Assembly: GCF_001194135.2 (NCBI RefSeq) | Contig: NC_068992.1 | Coordinates: 30,158,475 to 30,222,474 of the forward strand | Reading direction: 5' to 3' | Length of the DNA stretch: 64,000 nucleotides | Origin: Octopus bimaculoides | Taxonomy: Eukaryota | In this document: in pieces, positions 23,963-38,569 of the stretch | Position numbering within the stretch: the stretch's first letter is position 1 | Layout of the letters: each line of letters starts with the position of its first letter | Notes under the pieces: model-generated | The model's database searches: none | Told to the model about the DNA's origin: nothing | What the model saw: only the letters and a program-made list of their open reading frames with translations | Position numbers and translations under genes: made by a program

Positions 23963-26346
23963 GTATATATAACTTGTATGCTAGTTAAAATGTTTCTGAT
24001 ATATTTTAAATTCTAAAAGCAAATTCATTGCAGTCACCGTGGAGAAGAATACTCTCTCTTGTGGTAAAAAAATGTAAAAACATGTTATACTGACACTGCA
24101 TCCCTGTAGCGGATTCCCAGATGCGTGTTTTTGATTCCTTAGTGTTTCCCAATGGGAAATACCGAAGAGAGATAACCCTAGGCAGCTTCAAAGTCGTAGC
24201 TGCGTATATGTATGTGTGTAGATCACGTTCAGTGTTTCCGTAACTCCGGATTTACTATAAAAAAACATTTTAGCGTGATATCCTTCACTTTGCATTGAAA
24301 TTACAACAAAATATTTGATGTTCGAATTTTATAATTGATTAGCAGATTTAAAAGGCTTATAATTACTAACAAGTTCTACCGCAGCTTAGTTCTCGCGATA
24401 TGTAGGCGTAATTCAAAGTTAATTTTAAAAGATAGAATGCCATTCTGTCCAAGAGTATTACATTCTGCCTTCAGTAAAAGATTTACGAGAAGCTGTGAAT
24501 TAAGACCACGTTAGAGAAGTATCAATAACTTCTTACACATAGTGGACGCATTCATGTTTTATAGAGTGTAGATGGTACTGTGTCTAAAGATATTGCAAAT
24601 GGATACTGAGTCCGTATACTATTTATTTGATAATTTTTTTTTCAATATTTGGAACGGAAGATCCTGGTAGAAACAAATCATAGCATTTATATTTAAAATT
24701 CAGTGGCTAATTTCAAGTGGCTAATTTCAAGTATAAAATCGACAGGATAGCAACTCCTTGAACATTACAAGAAAGGCTTTGGTCATATATATGTTCGATA
24801 AATGCAGACTTGGGACTAAGCAACATTAACAATAGCATATTATTAATCTACTAGCATGAGTGTTGCGTGCCAGATAGCAAAGCAATCCTACCGTTTTTTT
24901 TTTAAAGAATCATTTAGTAATATAATACTACATACTCTGATAAATATATGGGATATTCATTACTCTAAATCCTTTCGACATAGACCTGTTTTGTAGAAGC
25001 CATTTAGATTTCACCTATAACAAAAATTACAATACACTAAATGCTATCATGTTCATCTCTATTTTAGAAAGAGGAAGCTCATTTTATATATTTTATTCGT
25101 GCGATAATAAGTAGGCTGGTAACAACTAAGATATTGTTTGACAAGTCATATGGAAAAAACAATGTTGACCAAGGCATAAAAGTATGGGAATGAATACCTT
25201 AACAGCGGATGCAAATGGCCGGATTAACATTATCTGAAGCCTCACAAAATTGAAGTGACGCCTATTTTGAAGTAAATTGTAAATTATTTGCTGAAAATCA
25301 TGTTCAGGTGAAAATGCAAAGCAAATTATGGCTAATGCTGAACATCAATGCACATAGTAAAACGCTAAACTTAGTGACATTTGGGCCGACTCACCGTTTG
25401 AGATATCTATGGTTTACTCAGATATAATATAATGAGATATTTATTTTCTAAATCGGTAATTAGTTATTTTATATTACAGAGATGTAAATGTTTCCTAAAA
25501 TTACAATATGTAAATAAGTGAATTCAAATAAAGTTTTAAAAAATACATATATAAAAAAAACTGAAACCACATGACTTATACAATCTTGATTACTTAGGAT
25601 GTTTTCTCCATTGGCAATTCAAAGATAAAATGAGACATTTTCAAAGAATTCATATTACTTCATTTTATGTAAAATAATTCAGTCGAATTTATTTTCTCAA
25701 ATATGGTTTTCATTGAAAATTATTTCCTATATTTTCTGCATTGATTAAATTGATTTCAATTTCAATGTAAATGAAATTGTATATTAATGTTTACTATTAA
25801 GTTTAATGATTTCATACATGATTCAAATATAGTTCACTTAATTCCGATAAATTGCAACAAAGATAAGGTAAAAAGAAATTAAACATACATTTAATTCCTG
25901 ATAGTTTAAATATTTTATCATCAGTCTGATTGTAATGCGATAATTTTGTATATTCAAATATGAAATTTAATCATATTGTATGTACATTGTTAAGTCTGCT
26001 TCAGCTGATTAGAGCCGAAAGAATTATCAAATAAATTATACAAACAGAAGAAAAGGATAGCGAAACAAAATAACCGGAATACATCCGCTAATCTAAAAGT
26101 TTAATATTTCTTTGATTTTTAAAACGTTCTTAAAAATTCAAATGTATTATGGTCGAAACCCATTAAGAGCCATGAGAACATAAGTGATTTTAATTAAACA
26201 ATAATGAAAAAAAAAACATTTAATTATATCAGTAGTTACTAAAGTTTAATTCAATTATAAGAAAAGCTTATTTAAAGAAGGCAAGTGAAACTATATTCTT
26301 TGATTAAGTTTTAGCATTCACAATTTATTAGTGTGAAAGGGTTTAG

Positions 26347-26411
26347 TATTGGTGCTGTAGTCTACCATTATGAATACTTAGTGTTGTTATTGTAGACTAC
26401 GGTCATGAATA
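26347..26411 (+). ncRNA. Pre-miRNA-like hairpin (candidate)
   Basis: ctgtagtctac (26355-26365) pairs with gtagactacgg (26392-26402). The stem extends both ways with mismatches and G-U pairs, allowing two 22-nt arms and an 8-nt loop in non-repetitive sequence. Confidence 0.35.
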
Positions 26412-27964
26412 ATTGATAAGTTTGTTCAACACGACTAAATTGTCTACAGTATTTCACATATTCAGTTCATTCTTCACTGAGTCAGAAACGCTGAGCATAT
26501 CAGAAGCTCTCTAAAAGTAACACGATAACAAGATTGAAATATTGAAACCTATTCCGTCAGTGCTTTTTTTTTATGGTTAGATTAATGTTGCAATAATTTC
26601 AAATGCGATAAAAAGTGACGCACATAACTAATTTTTGAATGTTCCTTTGAGGTATACGCTAATTTTTGTCAGCTTTTATGTTTGGCGGATTAGCAATATT
26701 GCAAGAAGGTTGGAAATATTACACAGTAGTGGTTCTTTGAAATGTTGCTCGTGCAGATTTTCATTTTCAAATCGTCTTCATTCGATAAAATAAGCACTCA
26801 TCGACTTCTCTTGAATCCAAATTTTGCAGTAAAATGTTTAACTTAGAAATCAATATTTGTAGCAACATAATTTACATACTTCAAAGCGTAGCAGAAGAAA
26901 GTTTGATGAGAACTCAGGTCTGGATTCCTGCTAACACATTGCGTTAAAATTTAATGACCATCGCAGTCGTTAGATAAACCATTTCGTGTATCAACAAACG
27001 TCACCAGGAAAAAATAAACCCAGGATCAGTAGATATACATGGCAAATAGTTCACTAAGTCGAACAAAGCAAAATGTCCCTACATTCAGGAATCTTAACAC
27101 TTGCGAGTTATACGTAAAATCTATGGTGCGTTCATTTATGAACGGTAATTTTCAATTGTATCTCACTTAAAGCTAACAATATTAACCAGCAAGTAATTCA
27201 AGTTCGTGATTAAATAATGCAGGTTTGGAAGCTGTGTGTGAATACTTAATTTAATATGTAAGCTGCTGCTTTAGAACTGAACCAAATATCAACCTATCTA
27301 TATAGTCGATGATGTGTGTAAAGCAGTTTACTGTGACGGACTACTCGATTTTATAAGGTTTATTTCGAGAAGCATAAATAATTAATGACTTTTCAAATTT
27401 TCATCTGATCAGTATTAGAACAATTTAGGTGGTACAAAACCATATGATTAGCTGAATGATTTTAAATGAACAACAGTGAGATGTTGACTTATAAAATAGA
27501 GGATTTTCCAGAACGTGTTGCTAGTATGAGGTCTTATGTCACTGGAGCATTGTAAAAGTGTATACCTCATTTATGGCACACTCACGCACGCACGCATGCA
27601 CACACATATACACACACTCACACAAACACACATACTCACACAAGCACACACACACACACACACATAAGTATGTTTGTATGTATACAATTGACAGGGAACT
27701 GTGAAAAAGAAATATTCTGAATGCGGTCATGCATTTTGAAGGGATTCGCATTAAAGGAGAATGTACAAGGAAAATCCCCAGAAAATATTGATATTCAGTT
27801 GAAATATTAAATGGGTTACCTAGTTTGTATCTTTAAGGTATTTTCATCATATTTTAATGATGGACACATGTAATAAAGCTAATTTTCGCCATCTTCTTGC
27901 CTCTTACAAATGCATATATATTCTAATTCTCTCTGTATATATATATATATATACCTGTAAAGGC

Positions 27965-28000
<36 letters not shown>

Positions 28001-28057
28001 GTGGTGCACCAGCATGACCGCAGCCACTTGGCTGAAACACATAAATANNNNNNNNNN

Positions 28058-28108
<51 letters not shown>

Positions 28109-28484
28109 GAAAGAAAGAGACACGGGCCATGGCGTTATATTCAAATTAATTTGGAAAAAATGTGGTAGAAATGACCGATATTGCGCTTGGATAAAGAGCT
28201 TCACTTGGAAACAAGTAAAGGATTGAAGGCCATATTCGTTATTCACTCAAAGTTCATAATATATATGCAAGTGTTTATTCTTCATATCAAGGAAATTTAT
28301 ACTTTAAATATAGTAATGATGAATGTAGGAATGATATCTTAGCCAAACACAATTACAGGAATGATAAAACCTAAAACAGCCTAATTTAAAAATAAAAAGA
28401 TAAACCCTAACCATAACCATGTTTATAGTATAGATACACTAACACACACAACGTATACCTCTCGAATGCGTGTGTATTTGAGCG

Positions 28485-28686
28485 TGGCCATTGCCAGTAC
28501 CGTCGGACTGGCCTTCGTGCCGGAGGCACGTAAAAAACACTCACTACATCCTGGGAGTAGTTGGTGTTAGGAAGGGAATCCAGCTGTAGAAACTCGGCCA
28601 GATCAGATTGGAGTCTGGTGTAGCCATCTGGTTCGCTAGTCCCCAGTCAAATCGTCCAACCCATGCTAACATGGAAAGCGGACGTA

Positions 28687-28690
<4 letters not shown>
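28485..28690 (+). mobile_element. SINE 3' portion with RTE-like tail
   Basis: gcacgtaaaaa...gttaggaaggg.atccagctgtagaaact...tcaaatcgtccaacccatgcta.catggaaagcggacgt, recognised as an octopus SINE/RTE-type 3' end, followed by (AT)n. Confidence 0.7.
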
Positions 28691-28725
<35 letters not shown>

Positions 28726-29084
28726 NNNNNNNNNNNNNNNNNNNNNNNNNNNNNNNNNNNNNNNNNNNNNNNNNNNNNNNNNNNNNNNNNNNNNNNNNNN
28801 NNNNNNNNNNNNNNNNNNNNNNNNNNNNNNNNNNNNNNNNNNNNNNNNNNNNNNNNNNNNNNNNNNNNNNNNNNNNNNNNNNNNNNNNNNNNNNNNNNNN
28901 NNNNNNNNNNNNNNNNNNNNNNNNNNNNNNNNNNNNNNNNNNNNNNNNNNNNNNNNNNNNNNNNNNNNNNNNNNNNNNNNNNNNNNNNNNNNNNNNNNNN
29001 NNNNNNNNNNNNNNNNNNNNNNNNNATATACATATATATATATATATATATATAAAATATGTACATGTATGTATATATATACAT

Positions 29085-29138
<54 letters not shown>

Positions 29139-30302
29139 ACATATACATATATATATGTATATACATATGGATATGTGTGTAAGTTTGTGCGGATATTTAT
29201 GCATAGGTGTATTGAAATGAATGCTCTTTGTACATATTTCATCCCTTCAGTGCGAGAGTTAGATATGGAAATGTTGAGCTATATTCGAATATATGACAGA
29301 AATTGGTACTATTTTAATAATCACCCAATTCGTTATGTTTACCCAGTGAATGATTTCACTTAGAAATGCAGGTTAGATTATTGATTTCCCAACAACTATT
29401 ATTACATATATATCAACTTATTGAACAATAAATACTACGACCCTCCGTTTAGAGCCATTACAACTCTCTTCGCGTACACACAATTTATATATATAAGTTG
29501 GATGCGTTTATTAAATTGTTTGTTACTTCTCCATTACATCAAACTGCAAATCAACATTAGTAGTGTTTGAAATTCTAGTCAATGTTGAAAAACATAGAAT
29601 AGATCAAAACTCTATTAAAATAAGGTGCTACATGCATGCAGTAATTTTCTTCACTAATGGGACTAAATTATGCATCAAAACACAACTTAATACTTAGGAT
29701 ATATGTATCTTATTAGTACTATCTTTTCTTTCATCTATACTTTATATGTGTGTCACTTTAGATTATTTTAACTAAAGATTATTAAACAATTTTTGACTAT
29801 TACACATATACACTGAAATATGGGTATATTTGTTTGTACGTATATACATATGCGTGTCTGACTGTGTTACACTCACACATGCACAAACACATATTTAAAT
29901 ATATATATGTACGCATATGTGTAAAGATATAGCGTGTGTACATATATGTGAGCATATCTAAATATTTGTATATGTGTATGTATATATACTTATATATATA
30001 TACATAGACACACACATATATATACATACATATATGTATGTATATATATATATATATATATATATNNNNNNNNNNNNNNNNNNNNNNNNNNNNNNNNNNN
30101 NNNNNNNNNNNNNNNNNNNNNNNNNNNNNNNNNNNNNNNNNNNNNNNNNNNNNNNNNNNNNNNNNNNNNNNNNNNNNNNNNNNNNNNNNNNNNNNNNNNN
30201 NNNNNNNNNNNNNNNNNNNNNNNNNNNNNNNNNNNNNNNNNNNNNNNNNNNNNNNNNNNNNNNNNNNNNNNNNNNNNNNNNNNNNNNNNNNNNNNNNNNN
30301 NN

Positions 30303-30335
<33 letters not shown>

Positions 30336-31363
30336 TACATATACATATATACATATACATCTAGATATATATGTGACTACATGAAATGTATTCGATATCG
30401 CTGCAGTCATACCTATACCAGCTATGCTGTTCAAAATGTTGTCTTTAGGATGCACAATAAATTATGTGTACATTCACTAAGCAGAAATAAATCTATTAAT
30501 ACTTGTCCGCAATTTCTTGACAGCAAATGGAAACGTTTACGCATACTGAATACTTTCAGACGACATGTTTCAATGTCCGTGACAAGTTTGCTCATTACTT
30601 AGGAAACAAGAATTCTAAGAAAAGAAGAACGGATGTGAATTGGATTAGTTTATAAGCACATGAGTGCTTCTAATATGTAAAGTGACGTTACTGGCTACCT
30701 TGTTTACGAACAATACCCATGGATTTGATTTGTCATGATTTTCAGAGAAATATAGCATGTTAGCTATATGTACATCCTTACAAAATAGCTCGTAGGGAAC
30801 AGTTGCACGCTGGTTTGATAACAGCATGCATAGAATTGCAGTTGTAGATGGTGTGAAAGAAAACTTTTTCTCTACATATATCCTTTAATTTAAGGTATAT
30901 GCAAACAGCTTAATGCAATATTAGTTATGAAGAAATATTTTTGTACAAAATAAATCGTCATTGTTACAATACGAATGGTAATATTTGCCAATATATATAA
31001 TCCTTATGACACACAAGTATAAAATATCTGGTCTGCATAACAGCGTATATATTTCCATCGGCGATTTTAGCTGTACTGAATTGGAATCAATTTTTATGAA
31101 TTGTAGAATATGCTATGGTATGGCAAAAAGGTAGGCAACTTGTAATACATCCAGGCAATATATATGATTATATATCGATAAATTGTTAGTGCAACACTTT
31201 TCATCAAACTATAAGCATGAAAAGTGCCAACTCCCGAAACACTTGGCATTTGTGCCACTCTGTTACTTCTGCTACATATATTTATAAATCTATAAGTATT
31301 TATCTACGTACCTATATCTCAATCTCTCTCTCTCTCTCTCGCTATATATATATATATATATAT

Positions 31364-32224
31364 NNNNNNNNNNNNNNNNNNNNNNNNNNNNNNNNNNNNN
31401 NNNNNNNNNNNNNNNNNNNNNNNNNNNNNNNNNNNNNNNNNNNNNNNNNNNNNNNNNNNNNNNNNNNNNNNNNNNNNNNNNNNNNNNNNNNNNNNNNNNN
31501 NNNNNNNNNNNNNNNNNNNNNNNNNNNNNNNNNNNNNNNNNNNNNNNNNNNNNNNNNNNNNNNNNNNNNNNNNNNNNNNNNNNNNNNNNNNNNNNNNNNN
31601 NNNNNNNNNNNNNNNNNNNNNNNNNNNNNNNNNNNNNNNNNNNNNNNNNNNNNNNNNNNNNNNNNNNNNNNNNNNNNNNNNNNNNNNNNNNNNNNNNNNN
31701 NNNNNNNNNNNNNNNNNNNNNNNNNNNNNNNNNNNNNNNNNNNNNNNNNNNNNNNNNNNNNNNNNNNNNNNNNNNNNNNNNNNNNNNNNNNNNNNNNNNN
31801 NNNNNNNNNNNNNNNNNNNNNNNNNNNNNNNNNNNNNNNNNNNNNNNNNNNNNNNNNNNNNNNNNNNNNNNNNNNNNNNNNNNNNNNNNNNNNNNNNNNN
31901 NNNNNNNNNNNNNNNNNNNNNNNNNNNNNNNNNNNNNNNNNNNNNNNNNNNNNNNNNNNNNNNNNNNNNNNNNNNNNNNNNNNNNNNNNNNNNNNNNNNN
32001 NNNNNNNNNNNNNNNNNNNNNNNNNNNNNNNNNNNNNNNNNNNNNNNNNNNNNNNNNNNNNNNNNNNNNNNNNNNNNNNNNNNNNNNNNNNNNNNNNNNN
32101 NNNNNNNNNNNNNNNNNNNNNNNNNNNNNNNNNNNNNNNNNNNNNNNNNNNNNNNNNNNNNNNNNNNNNNNNNNNNNNNNNNNNNNNNNNNNNNNNNNNN
32201 NNNNNNNNNNNNNNNNNNNNNNNN
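31364..32224. other. Largest assembly gap (861 N); hides the 5' part of the Penelope-like element
   Basis: Direct reading. Other N-runs start at 28048, 28726, 30066, 37526, 48980, 51927, 55213, 56295, 58154, 59484 and 62522. Confidence 0.99.
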
Positions 32225-32238
32225 TATATATAACCATA

Positions 32239-33420
32239 ATCGCAGAAATACCATTTGGTTTGCTCCCACACACACACTTCTCTCTTAACACAAAACGCCC
32301 GTTGGTAGAATCATCCTTAATTTCATGTATAAGAATTTCACTAGCTCCCATAGGTACTGGTCCATTTTCAACAGGCAAAACCGTAGTGTCTCGTTTAGTT
32401 GTGTCTCCAATATTAAGAGCACCCTTGCACCGCCCCTCAACCACAGGAAGAGGCAGGATGTTCGTGCAGGGATCGCAACAGATACTCTTTGGGAGGCCAC
32501 TGCGAAGCCAAAGGGGTCGTCTAGGAAACTGAGTAGTAGCAAATCCGGGCAATACCACGGTAGAAGCAACAGCAGTTGCAGACACGAGAACAGAACCAGC
32601 AACATTGCCACCATCGTCACAGTTAACAATATTAGCAACAGTAGCAATAACACTAACAGCGGCAGCAGCGGCAGTTCCTCAGACCCCAACAACACTGACT
32701 ACAGCAGCAGCAGCATCGCCGTCAGCATTATCAAGAGCTTCCCTAACTTCTACAGTAGTAGACCTGACAACTCCTATAGCAGCAGAACCATGTTCAGTGC
32801 CAGCGCCAGCTATAATGGCAATAACAGCAGCAGTGGCCCTAGCAGAAACACAAGCGGAACTACAGCTAATGACACCTCTAGCAGCAATTCCAACTCTCCC
32901 ACCAATGACGAGGACCACAATAGCAACAGCACCTTCACCATAACCGGCAGTAGCAATATCATTACCAGGCCAGCACCGACTCCAGCAGTGCCAACACTAG
33001 CAGTCCTAGCTGCAACAACAACGATGTCCGCGGCAGCAGCAGAAGTAACTACAATAACAACACCAGCAGGAGCAGCACCGACAACACACGCCCACGGAGC
33101 TACATTGGATGTTAAGGAAACTCTTTCAAGCAACGTCTCTCCAACCGCAGGCTCTTCTTCAGAGTTCTGGAAAGGAGATACGTGGCATCACTGGCTACTC
33201 ACGTCTAGTAACTAAGAGATCATGGGATTCCATACTCGATCTCAAGGAACCTTCTCGACAATGCAGGCCCCAACATCAACGGGACGAAGCGTTGAAAGTT
33301 ATGCATAGCTGAACGCACGAGAATCCTAAAAGACTCACTCGAACCAGGGAATATCCTTAACTCCAGAACAGAGAATTTCGGGCCATGTTTATATTTCAGG
33401 AGGTTTCTGGTTTCTTTTTG
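32239..33420 (+). mobile_element. Penelope-like retroelement: RT thumb/linker, Cys-rich linker and GIY-YIG endonuclease, decayed
   Basis: RRNTIWFAP../FSLNTK../VGRIILNFMYKNF..HRYWSIFNRQNRSVSFSCVSNIK (PLE thumb/linker), GCSCRDRNRYSLGGHCEAKGVV* (32456-32524), and RSYIGC*GNSFKQRLSNRRLFF...LRDHGIPYSIS..L..A...KR*KLCIAER..IL...LNSRTENFGPCLYFRRF (33095-33409). Confidence 0.9.
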
Positions 33421-34156
33421 GAGCCCGTCAGATGGCGGCACAGCCGGACATCGATAGCCCATAGCAAATGGAGATACTCCCCAACTGTTACCTTTGAGTA
33501 GTGAGGCATTTTCCCTTCCATAAGTTTAAGAGGTTAAAAGCCAATAGTTTTATTGGATCTGAGAATACGCCATAATGCTAAACCTTTTATGGACGGGAAG
33601 CCTAAGGTAATCCCCATTTTTAATATATACTGCTCTACATCTTAGAATGTGCTTCTTCCTTCGGATTTCTGTTTTTAACAAACGATATGTATATATATAT
33701 GTACTGTTGTATATACATTATAATGTAGTCTGAAGTTAAATATATATGCAACACGCTATGTTCATTGCTAGTATGGCGAAGAGCGGTATTAGTTTGTCTC
33801 TTCGTGTATGACTACCAAAGTGCCGAACAATGAAGCAAAGACTCACATACAGTATCATTCATAACTCATCAGTTGTTTATGTTTTATAACGTAGGGATGA
33901 AATTGTGTGATTATACATGGTGAGGTCATATAATATGCCTAAAACTCGTTGTGGAAAGAATCTTATATGACGAGCAATTTAGAACAGAAACAGTCAGTAT
34001 TTCACCTTACTTCTCACAAAACTGTAAATCCCAACAGATATGAAAAAGTATATTGACCATCATCAGTTATAACTGTAAATATAGCTCCTTAACAATTGAG
34101 TGTTAGACCCAGCCATGATGTTTGTAGTCAAGTAACTTCACTGTTAGCTTCTGAAT

Positions 34157-34300
<144 letters not shown>

Positions 34301-37300
34301 TTTCTTATCTGAATTAGCAGCTTGGAAAGTTAAGAAACGGTGTGAATATATTACTATTTTTGTATATATGACTTTTTATCTCTCTTGGGATACCAGACAA
34401 ATGTAACAATGCTAAATAAAGAGTAGAGATTCAAACAAATGTTGTAATGGGGAATGTAAAAATTCAAAAGAAATACAAGTAGTTTGGATTTCATTTGCAA
34501 GAATTAGGTTGACATCTTGCAACATGTAGCAAGTGTTAAATAAAGAAGAATATAAAAGCCTTCAAAATTGTGCCATACCATTGCATTCTAACACTTGATA
34601 AAAATGTGATATGAGAAACGGTGCTGACCCATATTTAATTCAATGCAAGTTTTTTAAAAGTAGAGATTGTGATTCCTTTTGTGTATACTTATTGATTGCT
34701 TTTGTGAATAGTAGGTGATTTTATATGAAACCATGTTAGAAATATAAGTTTTGTGTATTTTGTGTTATTTATTCTAAATATTGCGATGTGCTGTATATGA
34801 AAAAAAGAAAAAAAGGAAGGGAAAACTTGTATTTGGATATAAAAAGAAACCGGATATAAATAAAAATCATTTCATTTCAAGTTTTCTAGACATTGATAAT
34901 ATTTATAATGAAACAATGGTATTACGAACCATATGGATGCTTAATAACTTTGTAAATCTTTTGGATTAATAATAGTCATAAATAAAATTTTTTAATGCAT
35001 AACCTTTAATAGAACCCCTTTAAATCAATATTAAGAAATATAAAGCAACAGAAAATATTTTTAAAAGGTAAACTATTACAATATAAATATACTAGAAAAT
35101 AGTTTGAGGAGAAAATGAATTATTTGATTATCGATAAATATTTAAATTTATGTAAATTCAGGCAGTGATTAGCAATCTTCAGAGGGCAAAAATTCCTATT
35201 CATATCATTTTATTCAGTATCTTTTATCTGTGCATCATTTTATTCAAGAGAAGAAAGGCAATATAGTTTAATTAATATTTCACAATGTCCGTAGATAGTT
35301 CTCGTTCTTTATCGATCTGCATTGAATAATCGATCTGTATAGCAAGTAATTAATAGAATTCATTATAAATATTTTTTAACACAAATGTTTCATGAAGCAT
35401 GTCAATATTTTCAAATTCTCAAGGACAGTGGATGTTATCATCAGTAGAATGGCGGGCGAATGGAGATATGGTTTTGCATTCAAAGTTAGATTTCTACCCG
35501 ATCGACTTGACGTTTCAGGCCATATTTATCGAGGAATGCCGCACAGAGTGTAGTAAATGTAGATTAGTGGTTCAGTCTTTTGTGTCGAAGGAAATATAAT
35601 TTAGAACATACAAGGATTTAGATATACTGTTGAAACTAACTGAATTTTATTAGTAAATCATAGAGATAAACAAAAGTCGCTAAATACCATTGTCACTAAA
35701 CTATGTGTTTGAGTTATTTCTCTGTAGCAGAAAAGTTGCAATATGCACGGAAGGCCATTTTTTGAAATAGTTTCATATTAGATTCCCCATTCGCAGGTTT
35801 TACATATTGGAAACTGTCATTTCCTTACTATGCTGTTACTGCGCTGTGTATCGATGTTAGATGAGTGATAGAAATTATGCATGATAGAGGCTCGTAACCC
35901 AAATAAAACAGTTTGTTATGGTTGCTTCAGTTGTTTTCCTCGCTGAACATTGAGTATTTTTTTTTAGGCATTATAAAATATTAAGAAGAAATATCTCCCT
36001 TTGTATAACGGTAGAATGTAGTTTTAGGTTTAAGGAATATCTAGGTACTTATTGAACGACATAATATAAGCTGTTTTTGTCATGCTTCATGCCAGGAATT
36101 ATACAAATCTTATGTAAACTTTGGAAAATTATGAATTTAAAAAATGGTTTAATGAGTAATGTACCTAAACACATATAAATTTGTTAACTACATTGCTAAA
36201 ATCTGCTACTAATTACAAGCGAAAGTGTTCCTGATTAACCCCAGGAGCAAAAGATTAAAAAGAATTAAATTTTAAAATATTTGCCCATATGTTTATGAGT
36301 CTATATGTGCACATCCATGTGAAGGCAAGGAATAATCTTTGATGCATATTTTCAATTGCGATGTTCTTTCACTTTTTATTTACCAAGAAAATATATGATT
36401 ATATTCCAGTAACCTATGAAAATCTGCACAATATTTCAAGAATTCAATATTTATTCAGATAGTTCATGTCTGCCGGTACTGAACAGAATTCTTAAACATA
36501 TTTTGGCAAATGAAATCAGAAAAACTGAATTCTGTGTAGTTAAAAGTATTTATATAGGAAAACAAAATAAAAAAAGCTCAAACGTTTCATGTTACAAATC
36601 TATTTCTATCAGAAGCAACGAAGAATTGTACCTTCCGAATTTAATTAGAGACAGTATCTAACCTAACTAAGCTAAAATATTGCAGCCAATTAGTAAGCAT
36701 ATCGAATACATGAACAGATTTGGAAATGCTGCTATCAATAGATTTGATTCAGGCAACGTTACATTACATCAAAAATAGGCAGAGGAAACAGAAAGTGAAA
36801 GCCATGCAAATTAAAATTGTAAACTAGATCACGAGTAACGAATAAAATGCTTTCATTACTATGTTACCTGTTTAGTTAGTTCATCAACATTAAAGAAAAG
36901 ATAACGAGTATATCGTACTGAAACTAGACGCATCATACATAGTGTTTATTCTTTAACTAATTGGAAATCGTTACAATATTGCAAGTCGTAATATAGAGAA
37001 GTGTTCGGGTAAACGAGAGAAAAATGTAAGCATCTGTCGAACGAAAGCGATAACCACACTATCGATTATTATTTGAAAGACGTTAGAAAGTCATGAAAGT
37101 AACTATAATATTTTTCAATAAATTCCAAAGCAGTTGCACAAAAAATGCAGATCAAAAAATTATAAACATATAGGTATAGCCAAGGGTGCGTTGTTAACGT
37201 TAATTTCGAAGGAACCATTTTCACGGGTTTGATATAACTGTGTGTCACATTAGGAGTATTGCTGAAAAAATTCTAATTGACATTTGGTAAATGGAATCTG

Positions 37301-37684
37301 TACAGACTTATTTAGTTTTAAATGGTTACATTGAAAAAGGATGTAAATCAGTACCTTCAAAGAAATATTTTGTATATCTTTGCAGACAAATTATCAAAAA
37401 CCTGCACAACACAGAAGGAGGAATTCATTAACGTCCTCATAGATTCGTGATGCAATATTTTGGGCCTAAGAACAATTGCTACAAGAAACCATTGCTACAT
37501 TCATATATATATATATATATATATANNNNNNNNNNNNNNNNNNNNNNNNNNNNNNNNNNNNNNNNNNNNNNNNNNNNNNNNNNNNNNNNNNNNNNNNNNN
37601 NNNNNNNNNNNNNNNNNNNNNNNNNNNNNNNNNNNNNNNNNNNNNNNNNNNNNNNNNNNNNATATATATACACACACCCACACA

Positions 37685-37736
<52 letters not shown>

Positions 37737-38569
37737 CCTGCATGTACATATTGATACATACATTCATACACAAACACAAACACATGACACAAACGCACAC
37801 AAACATACACACACATACGGACGCATGCACGCACACATGTATGTATATATGTACTTATGCATATACATATATATGTTCATATGTACAGATACACGTTTAG
37901 GTAGACAGACAAACGCGCGCGTACACACACATGCAACACACACTCAAAAAGATATCCGTATATATAGGTATCACTTAAGCATCAGTTATTGTTATCAAAT
38001 AATTTATCATATACAATGTATTTGCTAGTGAATATTATCAAGAAACCCATGAAATGATAGCACATTTAAACGAAAAACTCACTGTGATACACATATATTG
38101 CATATATAGTTAATTACGAGCACGTCGATATTTTCTTTATTGATATTTCATGGAATGATCAGATCTGTCACTTTGTGTATGTGGCCTTTGCGTTTGTGGC
38201 AGAAGGCAATTTCTAAAATACAAATAAGTATTGAAGAATGAAGTGCCATATATTTTGGTAATTACCGGTTATATCTAGCAATCGGAGATTACGATTATGA
38301 ATAATGCAAGCTTGTGTTGCATTGGTATCCCATATTTTAATACGTGTCGTGCACATGATACTGGCTTCCTTACCCCTGTACTTGCCTTATGAAATTCACG
38401 TGGACGCTATTCTTTGATTATAATATACGACAACAGTGAATATGTGCTGAAAATCTTGACCAATATAATCTGTAACAATTATAATAGGAAATATTTTCTA
38501 ACATTAGTGGTAATTGAAAATGTTTTCCTTGTAAAAAAATTATTATATGCTATGATTATAGAAATGCCT

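Noticed and set aside
24702-24732. 14-bp tandem duplication (similar ones at ~45628-45657 and ~11648-11671)
   Set aside because: Ordinary slippage duplications with only two units and no spacers, so not CRISPR-like or otherwise structured.
32325-33215. 296-aa Ser/Asn/Thr-rich ORF as a host mucin-like gene
   Set aside because: Its N-terminus is PLE thumb/linker sequence and the rest is the low-complexity insert within the PLE nuclease, read partly out of frame.
33100-33420. Gypsy gag or Tx1 ORF1 interpretation of this region
   Set aside because: Another frame gives a much better, continuous GIY-YIG match (YIG, FKQRL.N, KLC..ER, LNSR.E).
35399-35599. Protein-like 66-aa ORF
   Set aside because: It overlaps blocks resembling an old family-B SINE, with no recognisable domain or convincing splice sites.
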